The notes beneath the pieces were generated by a model. The model was not told the origin of the DNA. It was given only the letters and a program-made list of their open reading frames with translations, and did no database searches. The position numbers were made by a program, and so were the translations under genes. This document shows, one piece after another, positions 38,580-47,957 of a stretch of 64,000 nt of DNA. Positions within the stretch are counted from its first letter, which is position 1. Each line of letters starts with the position of its first letter. Source of the stretch: an uncultured Collinsella sp. (lineage in GTDB: Bacteria > Actinomycetota > Coriobacteriia > Coriobacteriales > Coriobacteriaceae); NCBI GenBank assembly GCA_905212545.1, contig CAJMEW010000001.1:21345-85344 (forward strand). The letters run 5' to 3'.

Positions 38580-38960
38580 TCTCCTTATAGTGTTTGCCTG
38601 TTCAATTTCGATATCGTTTCCCTCGTATGATCCAGATGCGTCTACCGACTCAAAGCGTGAGTAGGAAACTCTTGTCCCAACTTTGATTTGGGAAAGCTTG
38701 TCTTTGATTCGGCCAGATGAGGGGAATGTAATCCGGGTTTGCTTTCCAGCGTCGGTGTAGCGGGGACTGTTGTCTGTTTGGATTACGAGTTCCGTTCCCT
38801 CAATAGAATGAACGCTGCCGGCTCCAAAGACAAGGTAATCATCTCCTCCGCTATAGCGGGCTCTATCTGTGCATGAAGAAACGGATGCAAACATAGCGAA
38901 AATCACCAATATCGTAACCAGGGCAAAGGCCGTGGTGCCATAGCATTTTGATGGTGCCAT
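38574..38960 (-). CDS. Small lipoprotein, hypothetical (candidate cognate inhibitor of the adjacent peptidase)
   Basis: 128 aa. Signal peptide with lipobox-like ...FAMFASVSSC. ATG lies 5 nt after the upstream gene's stop, suggesting translational coupling. AT-rich. Confidence 0.5.
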   Translation of the reverse strand: MAPSKCYGTTAFALVTILVIFAMFASVSSCTDRARYSGGDDYLVFGAGSVHSIEGTELVIQTDNSPRYTDAGKQTRITFPSSGRIKDKLSQIKVGTRVSYSRFESVDASGSYEGNDIEIEQANTIRRC

Positions 38961-38965
38961 CCGGT

Positions 38966-40138
38966 CTACCAAAAGACTGTTCCGTTCAATTTGACCATAT
39001 TGGGCGTTGCATAGTTAATCGCTCGGGGATAAGTGTTCCATCCGTCGAATACTTCGAGCCACTGCAGTTCGATGCCAGAGCTTCCATTATGCCCAGTAAA
39101 ATAGCCAGTTACCGTGACCGTATGACCTGATAGCTCGACGGATCCTTCACTGTTCCGGCTGTTGATCCACATATGATACAAGCCGATATTCCCTTGATCG
39201 ATAGTTGCTCTGTACTGAGCGAATTGAGGCTGATAACCGAAAAATTGAGTATTAAGTGCTCTACCCTTTTGAGCGGCAAGACTTTTAAACGGAACAATTC
39301 CATCTGGGATGATCGTGCTTCCGTACTCGACGCCCTGATCATTGGTCTTATACGTTGTTGTGCCAGTGACGTTCCATATTTCTTTATAATAATCGGGATT
39401 AAATTGATTAGCGTTTGAACTGGTGAGACCGTAATGCATTGATACAGCGTACAAGGCAGAAACGACGCATGCATACTTATTAGTGCGGGCTTCAACTAAT
39501 GATTCCGAGACTCCTCGGAACGGTATTCCGTTTAAATCGTCTATTTGGAAATGCAACATCAAGTCATCTTCATTGATAATGACTGCATCCCATGAAGTTG
39601 GGTTATTGCTTTGAGGTGCTATACCCTTTTTGGTGACAATCGGGACAGACCGTATATTGTTATAGTTGGTTACACAGTCTCTAGTTCCTGGCACCAAAGT
39701 TCCATATTCAATATCGTTGTACGAAATTAGTACGGTTGGGTTTGTGGCCTGTTGGCCGGAATAAGTTGAAATGGCGTTTGATAGAGAAGCTGAAATCGGA
39801 AGAATGGTATCGCCGAGGGTTATCTCCTTCAGAAGCCCAGGATATGATGCGTCAAGTATTAAATAACCGTAAGGGCTTCCTTCCCTTGTGACACTGATTT
39901 CATAGCCACAGATAAGGCCGATTTGTTGGCATACGGGAACGATTTGCTCGATCTCTAAGTTCGCGGATCCGTCGACGATGGGCAACAGGGAAAGCGCGTA
40001 GTCTTGTGCTAGGTCTGAAGTAAAAGCGACGGATGAGTTTGAGTCGGCAGCGAATACTCTTGTTGGGCGTGACGCGGATAAGCCGATGATCGAGGCTAGG
40101 CCGAGAAGAAACGAGCGACGTGATTGAACTCTGGGCAT
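38966..40138 (-). CDS. Tat-secreted papain-fold cysteine peptidase, streptopain-like (family C10-like), with ~130 aa pro-region
   Basis: Twin-arginine signal (SRRSFLLGLASIIGLSA). Putative catalytic Cys context NKYACVVSALYAVSMHYG and His context SGHTVTVTGYFTGHNG...LQWLEVFDGWN resemble the SpeB Cys/His/Trp motifs. AGGAG RBS. AT-rich. Confidence 0.5.
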   Translation of the reverse strand: MPRVQSRRSFLLGLASIIGLSASRPTRVFAADSNSSVAFTSDLAQDYALSLLPIVDGSANLEIEQIVPVCQQIGLICGYEISVTREGSPYGYLILDASYPGLLKEITLGDTILPISASLSNAISTYSGQQATNPTVLISYNDIEYGTLVPGTRDCVTNYNNIRSVPIVTKKGIAPQSNNPTSWDAVIINEDDLMLHFQIDDLNGIPFRGVSESLVEARTNKYACVVSALYAVSMHYGLTSSNANQFNPDYYKEIWNVTGTTTYKTNDQGVEYGSTIIPDGIVPFKSLAAQKGRALNTQFFGYQPQFAQYRATIDQGNIGLYHMWINSRNSEGSVELSGHTVTVTGYFTGHNGSSGIELQWLEVFDGWNTYPRAINYATPNMVKLNGTVFW

Positions 40139-40246
40139 AATGTCTCCTGCCTATGGGGGGCAATATGCTGTCATTTTATTTGCTACAAAATACAATCTAA
40201 TTCGGATTAAGGTAAATGGATGGAATTGCTCGATAAATGGTAGTGA

Positions 40247-41086
40247 TTAGCGGACCGGTATCGCGATCCTCGTCACATACGCTCCCGGGTCGTCGCTGAT
40301 GATGTCGTCGATGAGGGCGATTTCGCGCGAGGGACCGGCGGGGGACAGGTCGCGCTCGTGCATGTAATCGAGTAAGCGCTCATAGCGCGGGGCCGCCTGA
40401 CCGTGCGTGCCGCGGAAGCTGACCGTCAGACACCGCGCGGCGGGACGTACTTCGACATCGCCCAGGTAATCGTCCGTGTCATCCAGCAGCAGAAAGACCT
40501 CGTCGTAGCCATCAAAGTCGCCGGCGGCAAAGCGTTCGGGCGCGATCCCGACGCCCAAGTTGCCCAGAAAAACAAACGTCTCGTGCTGGCCTTTCTGCAG
40601 CTGACGAATCTGCCACTCCAGCGCATAGGCGTCGGTAGGGTTGACGCGTTCGCGCAATACGGCGCAACGAAGCTCGGGCGCATCGATTGCGCAAATAGCA
40701 TCGAGCTCGGTGTTCAACGCATCGTGCAGCAGAGCAAGCCGGTTATCGATCTTGCGCGACACACGCTCCAACTCGCGGCGCTTGCGCTCGATGAGCTTTT
40801 GCTGCTGAGCCAGCTGGCGCTGCATAAGGTTCACGTCGCGCGTGGTCACAAACTCACGGATTTGTGCCAACGGCAAGTCGAGAACACGCAGGTGGCTGAT
40901 GGTGTTGAGGGTGGAGAGCTGCCGAGATCCGTAGTAGCGGTATCCACTCGCCGAATCGATGTGCGCCGGGTCCAGCAATCCCATCTGCTCGTAATGGCGC
41001 AACGTGCCCACACTCAGGTTGAACAAGCGCGCCACCTCGCCAATGCGGAGCAGGCCCTCGGTATGTTCAGTTGGCGAGTCGGTCAT
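40247..41086 (-). CDS. MerR-family regulator with GyrI-like effector domain (BmrR/Mta-like multidrug sensor)
   Basis: N-terminal HTH_MerR (LRIGEVARLFNLSVGTLRHYEQMGLL), coiled coil, and a C-terminal GyrI-like domain. 279 aa. Confidence 0.8.
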   Translation of the reverse strand: MTDSPTEHTEGLLRIGEVARLFNLSVGTLRHYEQMGLLDPAHIDSASGYRYYGSRQLSTLNTISHLRVLDLPLAQIREFVTTRDVNLMQRQLAQQQKLIERKRRELERVSRKIDNRLALLHDALNTELDAICAIDAPELRCAVLRERVNPTDAYALEWQIRQLQKGQHETFVFLGNLGVGIAPERFAAGDFDGYDEVFLLLDDTDDYLGDVEVRPAARCLTVSFRGTHGQAAPRYERLLDYMHERDLSPAGPSREIALIDDIISDDPGAYVTRIAIPVR

Positions 41087-41142
41087 GGGACCGCTCCTTT
41101 CGGTAAAAAGCAGGGGAGAAGTGCCAGGCCTGCGTCGCCTCG

Positions 41143-42489
41143 CTACGCCATCAGTTTGTCAAAAGCTCCGCGGCGGTTGAGCATGGTAAATGCCATCACG
41201 CAAATAACCGCCGACAGAATTGACCCGCACGGCGAGGCGATGCCCATGGGAAACAACGTATCGGAATAGGCGTTCGACAGCAGCCACGCGCCGGGCACGC
41301 GAATGAGCGCCACGGCCAGCACGTTGTGCGCAAAGCCGATGTAGCTCTTGCCGTATGCAGCGAAAAAGCCGCTAAAGCAAATGTGGATGCCGGCAAAAAT
41401 CGCGTCGAAAATGTAGCTGCGCATATAGCCGGTGCCGGCCGCGACCACCGCGGCGTCCTTGGCAAAAAAGCCGATAAATGCCGGCGCCACCAGCCACATC
41501 AGCGCCGTGATCAGGCAGCCGTACACCACCGAGATGGTCATGGCGTCCTTGAGCACCTGACGTGCGCGGTCGCCCTTGCCCGCGCCGGCGTTTTGCGCCG
41601 TGAGCGCGCTGACGGTGGCACCCATGGAACTCGGCACAATGAACAAAAAGCTGATCATCTTTTCGACCAGGCCCACGGCGGCGGCGTCGACGAGCCCTCG
41701 GTGGTTGGCGATGACGGTGATAAACATAAACGCCACCTGGATGCAGCCGTCCTGCACGGCCACGGGCACGCCGATTTTAAGGATGCTGCCGAGCACCTCG
41801 GGCTGGGGGCGCAGGTCGCTACGCTTAACGTGGATGTTCGTGCGGCGGCTCTTGAGCCACACGAGCGCGAGGGCAACGCTGGCCGTCTGGGCGGTCACCG
41901 TGCCGAGCGCCGCACCCACGGGGCCGAGCCCCATGTGGCCGATAAACAGAAAGTCGAGCGCGATGTTGATGATGCATGCCACGCCGATCACGTACATGGG
42001 CGAGCGCGAATCTCCCAGCCCGCGAAAGATGGCCGAAAGAATGTTGTACGCGGCGATAAAGGGGATGCCCATAAAGCAGATACGCAGGTAGGCGGCGGTG
42101 CCTTCGACTGCCTCGGCCGGCGTGCCAATGAGTGCCACGATCTGCGGGCACAGTGTGAGCAGGACGGCGGCCAGTACTACCGAGACGCCCATAAAGAGCG
42201 TGATGGTGTTGCCGATGGCGGTCTCGGCGCGATCGAAGCGACGCGAGCCCACGGCGTGGCCGACGACCACCGTCGTTCCCATGGCCAGGCCCACGAGTGC
42301 CACGGTGATCATATAGAGCGTCTGAGCGCCATTTGCCACGGCGGTGATGCCGGCGGCGCCGCTAAACTGCCCCATCATGTACAGGTCGGCCATGCCGTAG
42401 AGCATCTGCAAAAAGTACGAGAGCATATAGGGCAGGGCAAAGACCGCGATGGTCTTAAGGACATTGCCGCGTGTGAGGTCGTGTTCCAT
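41143..42489 (-). CDS. MATE-family multidrug efflux transporter
   Basis: 449 aa, 12 TM. LKTIAVFALPYMLSYFLQMLYGMADLYMMGQ is typical of the MATE N-terminus. Start chosen at MEHDLTRG. Confidence 0.8.
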   Translation of the reverse strand: MEHDLTRGNVLKTIAVFALPYMLSYFLQMLYGMADLYMMGQFSGAAGITAVANGAQTLYMITVALVGLAMGTTVVVGHAVGSRRFDRAETAIGNTITLFMGVSVVLAAVLLTLCPQIVALIGTPAEAVEGTAAYLRICFMGIPFIAAYNILSAIFRGLGDSRSPMYVIGVACIINIALDFLFIGHMGLGPVGAALGTVTAQTASVALALVWLKSRRTNIHVKRSDLRPQPEVLGSILKIGVPVAVQDGCIQVAFMFITVIANHRGLVDAAAVGLVEKMISFLFIVPSSMGATVSALTAQNAGAGKGDRARQVLKDAMTISVVYGCLITALMWLVAPAFIGFFAKDAAVVAAGTGYMRSYIFDAIFAGIHICFSGFFAAYGKSYIGFAHNVLAVALIRVPGAWLLSNAYSDTLFPMGIASPCGSILSAVICVMAFTMLNRRGAFDKLMA

Positions 42490-42682
42490 GAGCGGGGGCA
42501 CTTTCTGACTGGGTTTGTTTACGTACCAGTGTAGTGAAAACCCTATAACGATTGTAGAGTCAAGGTTTGTGTTGGCAGTGGGGCGAAAAAAGTCACGCGC
42601 ACCATTATTCCGAGTGAATATGGACACACGTCACGAGAATTCGCCGCCGGCGTTAACCTTGCAGAAAACGATTTCGGAATAC

Positions 42683-42712
42683 TTGACACCATTATTCGGC
42701 GCGCAATAATAC
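42683..42712 (+). promoter_or_regulatory. Candidate promoter (TTGACA ... TAATAC) with internal imperfect palindrome ATTATTCGGCGCGCAATAAT (candidate MerR-family operator)
   Basis: -35 hexamer at 42683-42688. The palindrome lies between the -35 and -10 elements, 40 bp upstream of the ABC exporter start. Confidence 0.4.
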
Positions 42713-42751
42713 GTGCGTTTGCGAACAACGTTTGATGGGGGTTGAACCTGC

Positions 42752-44581
42752 GTGCGCAATCTCAAAATACTGTTTTCTTATCTAGGGGCATACCGTCGCG
42801 ATGCCATTCTCGGCGTGTTCTTTGTGTCGGTCGAGACGGTGCTCGAGCTGTTTATCCCGGTCATCATGGCCGACATCATCGATGTGGGCGTGCCTGCGGG
42901 TGATATCAACTACATGCTGCTGCAGGGCGCGTACATGTTGGTGTGCGCTGCGCTTTCGCTGGTACTGGGCTTGGGTTATGCACACACGTCCGCCCGCGTT
43001 GCCTCGGGCCTAGGCGCTAACCTGCGCGAGGCCGAGTACAAAAAGATTCAGACGCTCGCTTTTGGTAACCTGGACAACTACGACGCCAGCTCGCTCGTCA
43101 CTCGCATGACCACGGACATCACCGTTATCCAAAATGCTGTGAGCAACGGCTTTCGCCCTATGGTGCGCGGCCCGGTGACGCTTGTCGTCGGCCTTATCTA
43201 CGCGCTGATGCTGTCGCGCCCGCTCGCCACCGTCTTTGCGATCATCTTGCCCGTGCTGGCAATCGTGCTGGGTGTCATCACCTATCGCGTCAGTCCGCTC
43301 TACCGCCAACTCCAGACCTCGATGGACCACCTTAACGGCGTGGTGCAAGAGGACCTTACCGCCGTGCGCGCCGTGAAGGCTTACGTGCGCGCCGAGCACG
43401 AGTGCGACAAGTTTGACACCGTCAATACCGAGCTCGCCGGCACGGCGACCAAGACCTTCGGCACCGCCGTGCTCAACCTGCCGGTGTTTCAGCTGTCGAT
43501 GTACGTGGCTGCGCTCTCCATCCTGTGGATTGGCGGCCGCATGATTCTCGCCGGCAAGCTGGGCGTGGGCTCGCTCACGGGCTTTATGAGCTACGTGCTG
43601 CTGATCATGAACTCGCTCATGATGATTTCCAACGTGTTTTTGCTGCTCACGCGCGCTCTCACGAGTGTGGGCCGTATCGCAGAGGTGCTCGATGAGGAGC
43701 CCTTTATCGCCAACCCTGCGGGAGACCTCGCGACTGCGGCGCCAGCGGACGGCAGTGTCGAGTTTCGCGACGTTTCCTTTAAATACCGCGCGGATGCAGC
43801 CGAGGATGTGCTCGAGCATATCGACCTTCGCGTCGAGAGCGGCTCGACGGTGGGCATCCTCGGCGGCACGGGCTCGGGTAAGAGCTCGATTGTGCAGCTG
43901 ATTGCGCGTCTGTACGACGCCACCGAGGGCGTCGTACTTGTGGGCGGACACGACGTGCGCGACTACGACCTGGTCGCCTTGCGCGACGCCGTGGGCATTG
44001 TGCTGCAAAAGAACGTGTTGTTCACGGGCACCGTGCGCGAGAACCTGCAGTGGGGCAATCCGCAGGCGTCGGACGATGAGCTCCTCGCGGCTTGCCGCGC
44101 AGCGTGCGTGGACGAGTTCCTTGATCGCATCGGCGGGCTGGACGGCGAGTTGGGCCAAGGCGGCGCCGGTGTCTCGGGTGGTCAGAAGCAACGTCTGTGC
44201 ATCGCGCGCACGCTGCTCAAGCATCCGCGCGTGCTCATTTTTGATGACTCCACCAGCGCGGTCGATATGGCGACCGACACTAAGATTCGCGAGCACATCG
44301 CTCGGATCCCTGATACGACCGTGCTCATCATCGCCCAGCGCATCGCGAGCGTTATGGATGCCGATCGCATTGTGGTGCTGGACGACGGTCGTGTCCACGG
44401 CGTGGGCACGCACGAGGAACTGCTAGCGGGCGACAACATCTACCAGGAGATTTACGCCTCGCAGATGGAGTTTGCGGGGAACGTAGACGTCGGCGACGGC
44501 AGCGACGATGGCTGCGCGAATAATCCGTTTTCCTCCGTCCCCAGCAGATTACCCTTGGAAGGGGGCGAGCGCCATGCCTAA
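42752..44581 (+). CDS. ABC transporter permease/ATPase (type I exporter, heterodimer subunit A)
   Basis: 6-TM domain plus NBD (Walker A GGTGSGKS, signature VSGGQKQRLCIAR, Walker B VLIFDDSTSAVD). GTG start. Confidence 0.85.
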   Translation: MRNLKILFSYLGAYRRDAILGVFFVSVETVLELFIPVIMADIIDVGVPAGDINYMLLQGAYMLVCAALSLVLGLGYAHTSARVASGLGANLREAEYKKIQTLAFGNLDNYDASSLVTRMTTDITVIQNAVSNGFRPMVRGPVTLVVGLIYALMLSRPLATVFAIILPVLAIVLGVITYRVSPLYRQLQTSMDHLNGVVQEDLTAVRAVKAYVRAEHECDKFDTVNTELAGTATKTFGTAVLNLPVFQLSMYVAALSILWIGGRMILAGKLGVGSLTGFMSYVLLIMNSLMMISNVFLLLTRALTSVGRIAEVLDEEPFIANPAGDLATAAPADGSVEFRDVSFKYRADAAEDVLEHIDLRVESGSTVGILGGTGSGKSSIVQLIARLYDATEGVVLVGGHDVRDYDLVALRDAVGIVLQKNVLFTGTVRENLQWGNPQASDDELLAACRAACVDEFLDRIGGLDGELGQGGAGVSGGQKQRLCIARTLLKHPRVLIFDDSTSAVDMATDTKIREHIARIPDTTVLIIAQRIASVMDADRIVVLDDGRVHGVGTHEELLAGDNIYQEIYASQMEFAGNVDVGDGSDDGCANNPFSSVPSRLPLEGGERHA

Positions 44582-46472
44582 GACCGCAGCCCAAGCGCGC
44601 CCGGCCGACCTCAAGCGCACTGTGCGCCGTTTGCTCTCTTACATGGGCCATGCCAAGTTCTCGCTGCTGGCGGTTGGTATGCTTGCCTCCGTCGCGGCCA
44701 TCGCGAGCCTCGCCGGCACCTACATGGTGCGCCCCATCGTCAACGGCCTGGCCACGGGCGGTGAGGAGCTGCTCGCCAAGCAGGTCATCGTAACGGCGAT
44801 CATCTACGCCGCGGGCGTGCTCTCGGCCCTAGGCTACTCGCAGATTATGGTGCGCGCGGCCCAACGCGTGGTGTCCGACATCCGTCGCGACCTGTTCGCG
44901 CACATTCAGACGCTGCCGCTCAGCTATTTCGACAGTACGCGCTCGGGCGACATCATGAGCTTTTTCACCAACGACGTCGACACCGTCTCCGAGGCGCTCA
45001 ACAACAGCTTTGCCAACGTGATTCAGGCGACCATTCAGGTGATCGGCACCACGGCCATGCTCATCATCCTCAACTGGCAGCTCACGATTATCACGCTCGT
45101 GTGCGACGCGGCCATCGTGCTGTACGCGCGCTACTCGGGTATCCGCTCCAAGCGCTTTTTTGCCGCCCAGCAGGCATCGCTCGGCGACTTGGACGGATAT
45201 GTCGAGGAGATGGTTTCGGGCCAAAAGGTCATCAAGGTCTTCAACCACGAGCAGGCCAACGTGGCAGGTTTTGACGCGCGCAACCAGGAGCTGCGCCGCA
45301 CCGGTGGCGCCGCGCAGACCTACGCCAACTCGATGGTGCCCATGACCGTGGTGATCGGCTACGTCAACTACGCCATCGTCGCCGTGGCGGGCGGCATGCT
45401 CTGCATCAAGGGACTTGCCGACGTGGGTGCACTCGCGAGCTACCTGGTCTTTGTGCGCCAGGCGGCCATGCCCATCAACCAGTTTACGCAGCTGGGCAAC
45501 TTCTTACTCAACGCGCTGGCCGGTGCCGAGCGCCTGTTTGCCGCGATGGACCTTAAGCCCGAGGTGGACGAGGGCTGCGTGGAGCTGGTGCAGACGGGCG
45601 ACGCCGCGTGGGCGTGGAAGATTCCCGAGGGCAAGGGCGTGGGCGCCTATGGGCATCTGCACGACGTGGCTGCCGTTGACGAGTCGGGCCGTGCGGTGGC
45701 GGCCGGCGGCACCGAGCTCACGTGCGGCCTCGTCCCGCTTGCCGGCGATGTGCGCTTCCATGCCGTGGACTTTTCCTACGTGCCGGGAACGCGCGTGCTC
45801 ACGGACCTCAACCTGTTCGCCAAGCCGGGGCAAAAGATCGCCTTTGTTGGCTCGACGGGCGCCGGAAAGACGACCATCACTAACCTCATCAACCGCTTCT
45901 ACGAGGTCGATGATGGTGAGATCACGTACGACGGCATCGACGTCAAGCACATTGCCAAGGCCAGCTTGCGCGGGTCGCTCGGCATTGTGCTGCAGGATAC
46001 GCACCTGTTTAGCGGCACCATTGCGCAGAACATCCGCTTTGGCAAGCTCGACGCGACCGACGAGGAGGTGCGTGCCGCCGCCGAGGCCGCCTGCGCCGAC
46101 TCGTTTATCCGTCGCCTGCCGCAAGGCTACGACACGCCGGTCACGGCCGATGGCGCCAACTTGTCTCAGGGCCAGCGCCAGTTGCTCGCCATCGCGCGCG
46201 TGGCCGTGGCCGACCCGCCGGTGCTTATCCTGGACGAGGCAACAAGCTCCATCGACACGCGCACCGAAAAGCTCATCGAGCGCGGCATGGACCGCATCAT
46301 GCGCGGCCGCACCACATTTATGATTGCGCACCGCCTGTCCACCGTCCGCGACGCCGATGCGATCATGGTCCTCGAGCACGGTCGCATCATCGAGCGCGGC
46401 ACCCATGAGGAATTGCTCGCCCAGCGCGGCGAGTACTGGCAGCTAGCGCATGGCTTAAAAGAGCTGGATTAG
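44574..46472 (+). CDS. ABC transporter permease/ATPase (type I exporter, heterodimer subunit B)
   Basis: Overlaps subunit A by 8 nt. Walker A GSTGAGKT, signature LSQGQRQLLAIAR, Walker B ILILDEATSSID. Confidence 0.85.
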   Translation: MPKTAAQARPADLKRTVRRLLSYMGHAKFSLLAVGMLASVAAIASLAGTYMVRPIVNGLATGGEELLAKQVIVTAIIYAAGVLSALGYSQIMVRAAQRVVSDIRRDLFAHIQTLPLSYFDSTRSGDIMSFFTNDVDTVSEALNNSFANVIQATIQVIGTTAMLIILNWQLTIITLVCDAAIVLYARYSGIRSKRFFAAQQASLGDLDGYVEEMVSGQKVIKVFNHEQANVAGFDARNQELRRTGGAAQTYANSMVPMTVVIGYVNYAIVAVAGGMLCIKGLADVGALASYLVFVRQAAMPINQFTQLGNFLLNALAGAERLFAAMDLKPEVDEGCVELVQTGDAAWAWKIPEGKGVGAYGHLHDVAAVDESGRAVAAGGTELTCGLVPLAGDVRFHAVDFSYVPGTRVLTDLNLFAKPGQKIAFVGSTGAGKTTITNLINRFYEVDDGEITYDGIDVKHIAKASLRGSLGIVLQDTHLFSGTIAQNIRFGKLDATDEEVRAAAEAACADSFIRRLPQGYDTPVTADGANLSQGQRQLLAIARVAVADPPVLILDEATSSIDTRTEKLIERGMDRIMRGRTTFMIAHRLSTVRDADAIMVLEHGRIIERGTHEELLAQRGEYWQLAHGLKELD

Positions 46473-46685
46473 CCCGTCGGAGTGCGGCTTGCTCTGGCCC
46501 TCCGACCTCTCACCTCGCCCCAAACCGTCCCAATAATCGATGTTTTTCTCGATATTGAAGAAAAGCATCGATTTTTGGGACGGTTTTTCTGTCGCTCGTA
46601 CGGGTGGAATGCTTTCTTGTACGTGGAAGTGTGCGAATCCGTGAGCAGGGGAATAAGGTTGGTTATCCGACCCATTGGAGAGCTC

Positions 46686-47723
46686 ATGGACTTGCCGATC
46701 GTCCTGTCCCATAAGACTGCCTGGCTGTACCACAACGCGGCGCGCCCGTTAGAGCCGCTCTCACGGGCAAGCAGCCTATACGACGAAGGCTCATTTGCTG
46801 GCGAGGTGGAGCCGACTGCGAGCCTCCCCAAATTGGGGCTCGATGCCAAGGGATTGAGGATATCTGCAGCGGTCGAGATTGTCGCCGACTATCTGGTCTC
46901 ACTTGGTATTCCTCAAGAGGAACTCGGCCGTATTGATACGCTGGTTAGCTTCGATTTTGAACGCTCTCGGCCGGCGGGTCTCCGACGCCATGTGTTTGGG
47001 GCGCCCATACCTTCGGATCATCTTATCGAGGTTGCAGAGGGTCTTCTGGTGGTTGATGAGGCCATGTGCCTTGTCCAGGCGGGCTCGTGGATGAGCGAGC
47101 TCGAGCAGCTTGAGTACGGATTTGAAGTGTGTGCTCGGTATCACCTTAACCATCTGTCGAGCGATGATTATGTTGAGGCCTCGCAACGATATGCCGTCGC
47201 CGACCTGCGTGCTTTTTGCGAGCAGAATCCTTCGCGTCGAGGCGTGAAACGCGCGGCCTCGTTGCTCAAGCGTGTAAAGGACGCTGCTCGTTCGCCTATG
47301 GAGACGGCCACCGCAATCATGGTCGTCGCGAAGCGTTCTCAGGGCGGGCTAGGGTACACCAGGGTCGAGTTCAACCATCGGGTCGATGTTCCCAACGAGT
47401 TCAAATATCTCGCTAAGGCCGGGTATTTCGAGATTGATGTATATGCGCCTGCGAGCGGTACGGGGATTGAATACAACGGTTCGGACCATCTTGATAAACA
47501 GCGCAGCGCGTCGGATGCGGAGCGTATGACCGTGCTGAGCGCGCTGGGCTTTAGGATGATTGTCCTCACCGGGACTCAGTTTGCCCATCAGCTGCAATTG
47601 CACCGGGCGATGAACGCCATCGCACTCGCTTTGGGTCTCAAGTGCGACCGAAGCGAGACATTCCAGAAACGTCAGAATGACCTGCGAGAATTCGTGATTC
47701 GACACTGGGACGGCGGCCTTTAG
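46686..47723 (+). CDS. DUF559 (Vsr/PD-(D/E)xK endonuclease-like domain) protein, hypothetical
   Basis: C-terminal region FEIDVYAPASGTGIEYNGSDH...RMTVLSALGFRMIVL matches the DUF559 pattern. 345 aa. Confidence 0.5.
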   Translation: MDLPIVLSHKTAWLYHNAARPLEPLSRASSLYDEGSFAGEVEPTASLPKLGLDAKGLRISAAVEIVADYLVSLGIPQEELGRIDTLVSFDFERSRPAGLRRHVFGAPIPSDHLIEVAEGLLVVDEAMCLVQAGSWMSELEQLEYGFEVCARYHLNHLSSDDYVEASQRYAVADLRAFCEQNPSRRGVKRAASLLKRVKDAARSPMETATAIMVVAKRSQGGLGYTRVEFNHRVDVPNEFKYLAKAGYFEIDVYAPASGTGIEYNGSDHLDKQRSASDAERMTVLSALGFRMIVLTGTQFAHQLQLHRAMNAIALALGLKCDRSETFQKRQNDLREFVIRHWDGGL

Positions 47724-47765
47724 GGGCGCTTTGGTCCTTCTACGGGGCGCTGCGGCAGGCAAACT

Positions 47766-47822
47766 ATCACAACATTCGACGTTTTTTGCCAAAATCGGGA
47801 AAAGCATCGAATGTTGTGATGG
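47766..47822. repeat. Family-3 palindromic repeat (ATCACAACATTCGA ... TCGAATGTTGTGAT), copy 1
   Basis: 14-bp perfect arms with a 27-nt A/T-rich spacer. Copies at 51870 and 62925. Confidence 0.8.
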
Positions 47823-47957
47823 TTTGTATGCTGAGGATGGGCTTGGGAAGCCGTTCTTGCTCGCAAAGGCCTTTCGTGTCGTACGTATGTCGACCCATTC
47901 TTCCCGTGCGGTACTATATTCCCCGAAGAATAAAGGCCAGCGCGAGGGGAGGGCTGC

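Noticed and set aside
38961-38972. Lipoprotein start at 38972 overlapping the peptidase gene
   Set aside because: That codon is TTG. An in-frame ATG at 38960, 5 nt after the upstream stop, gives a conventional signal peptide.
42489-42627. Longer MATE start at 42627 (MSIFTRNNG...)
   Set aside because: The N-terminal 46 residues are unlike MATE N-termini. Homology begins at MEHDLTRGNVLKTIAVFALP.
47724-47957. Moco riboswitch upstream of moaA
   Set aside because: The position is suggestive, but I cannot recognise the Moco motif by eye and the interval is largely occupied by the Family-3 palindrome. Left as a check rather than a call.
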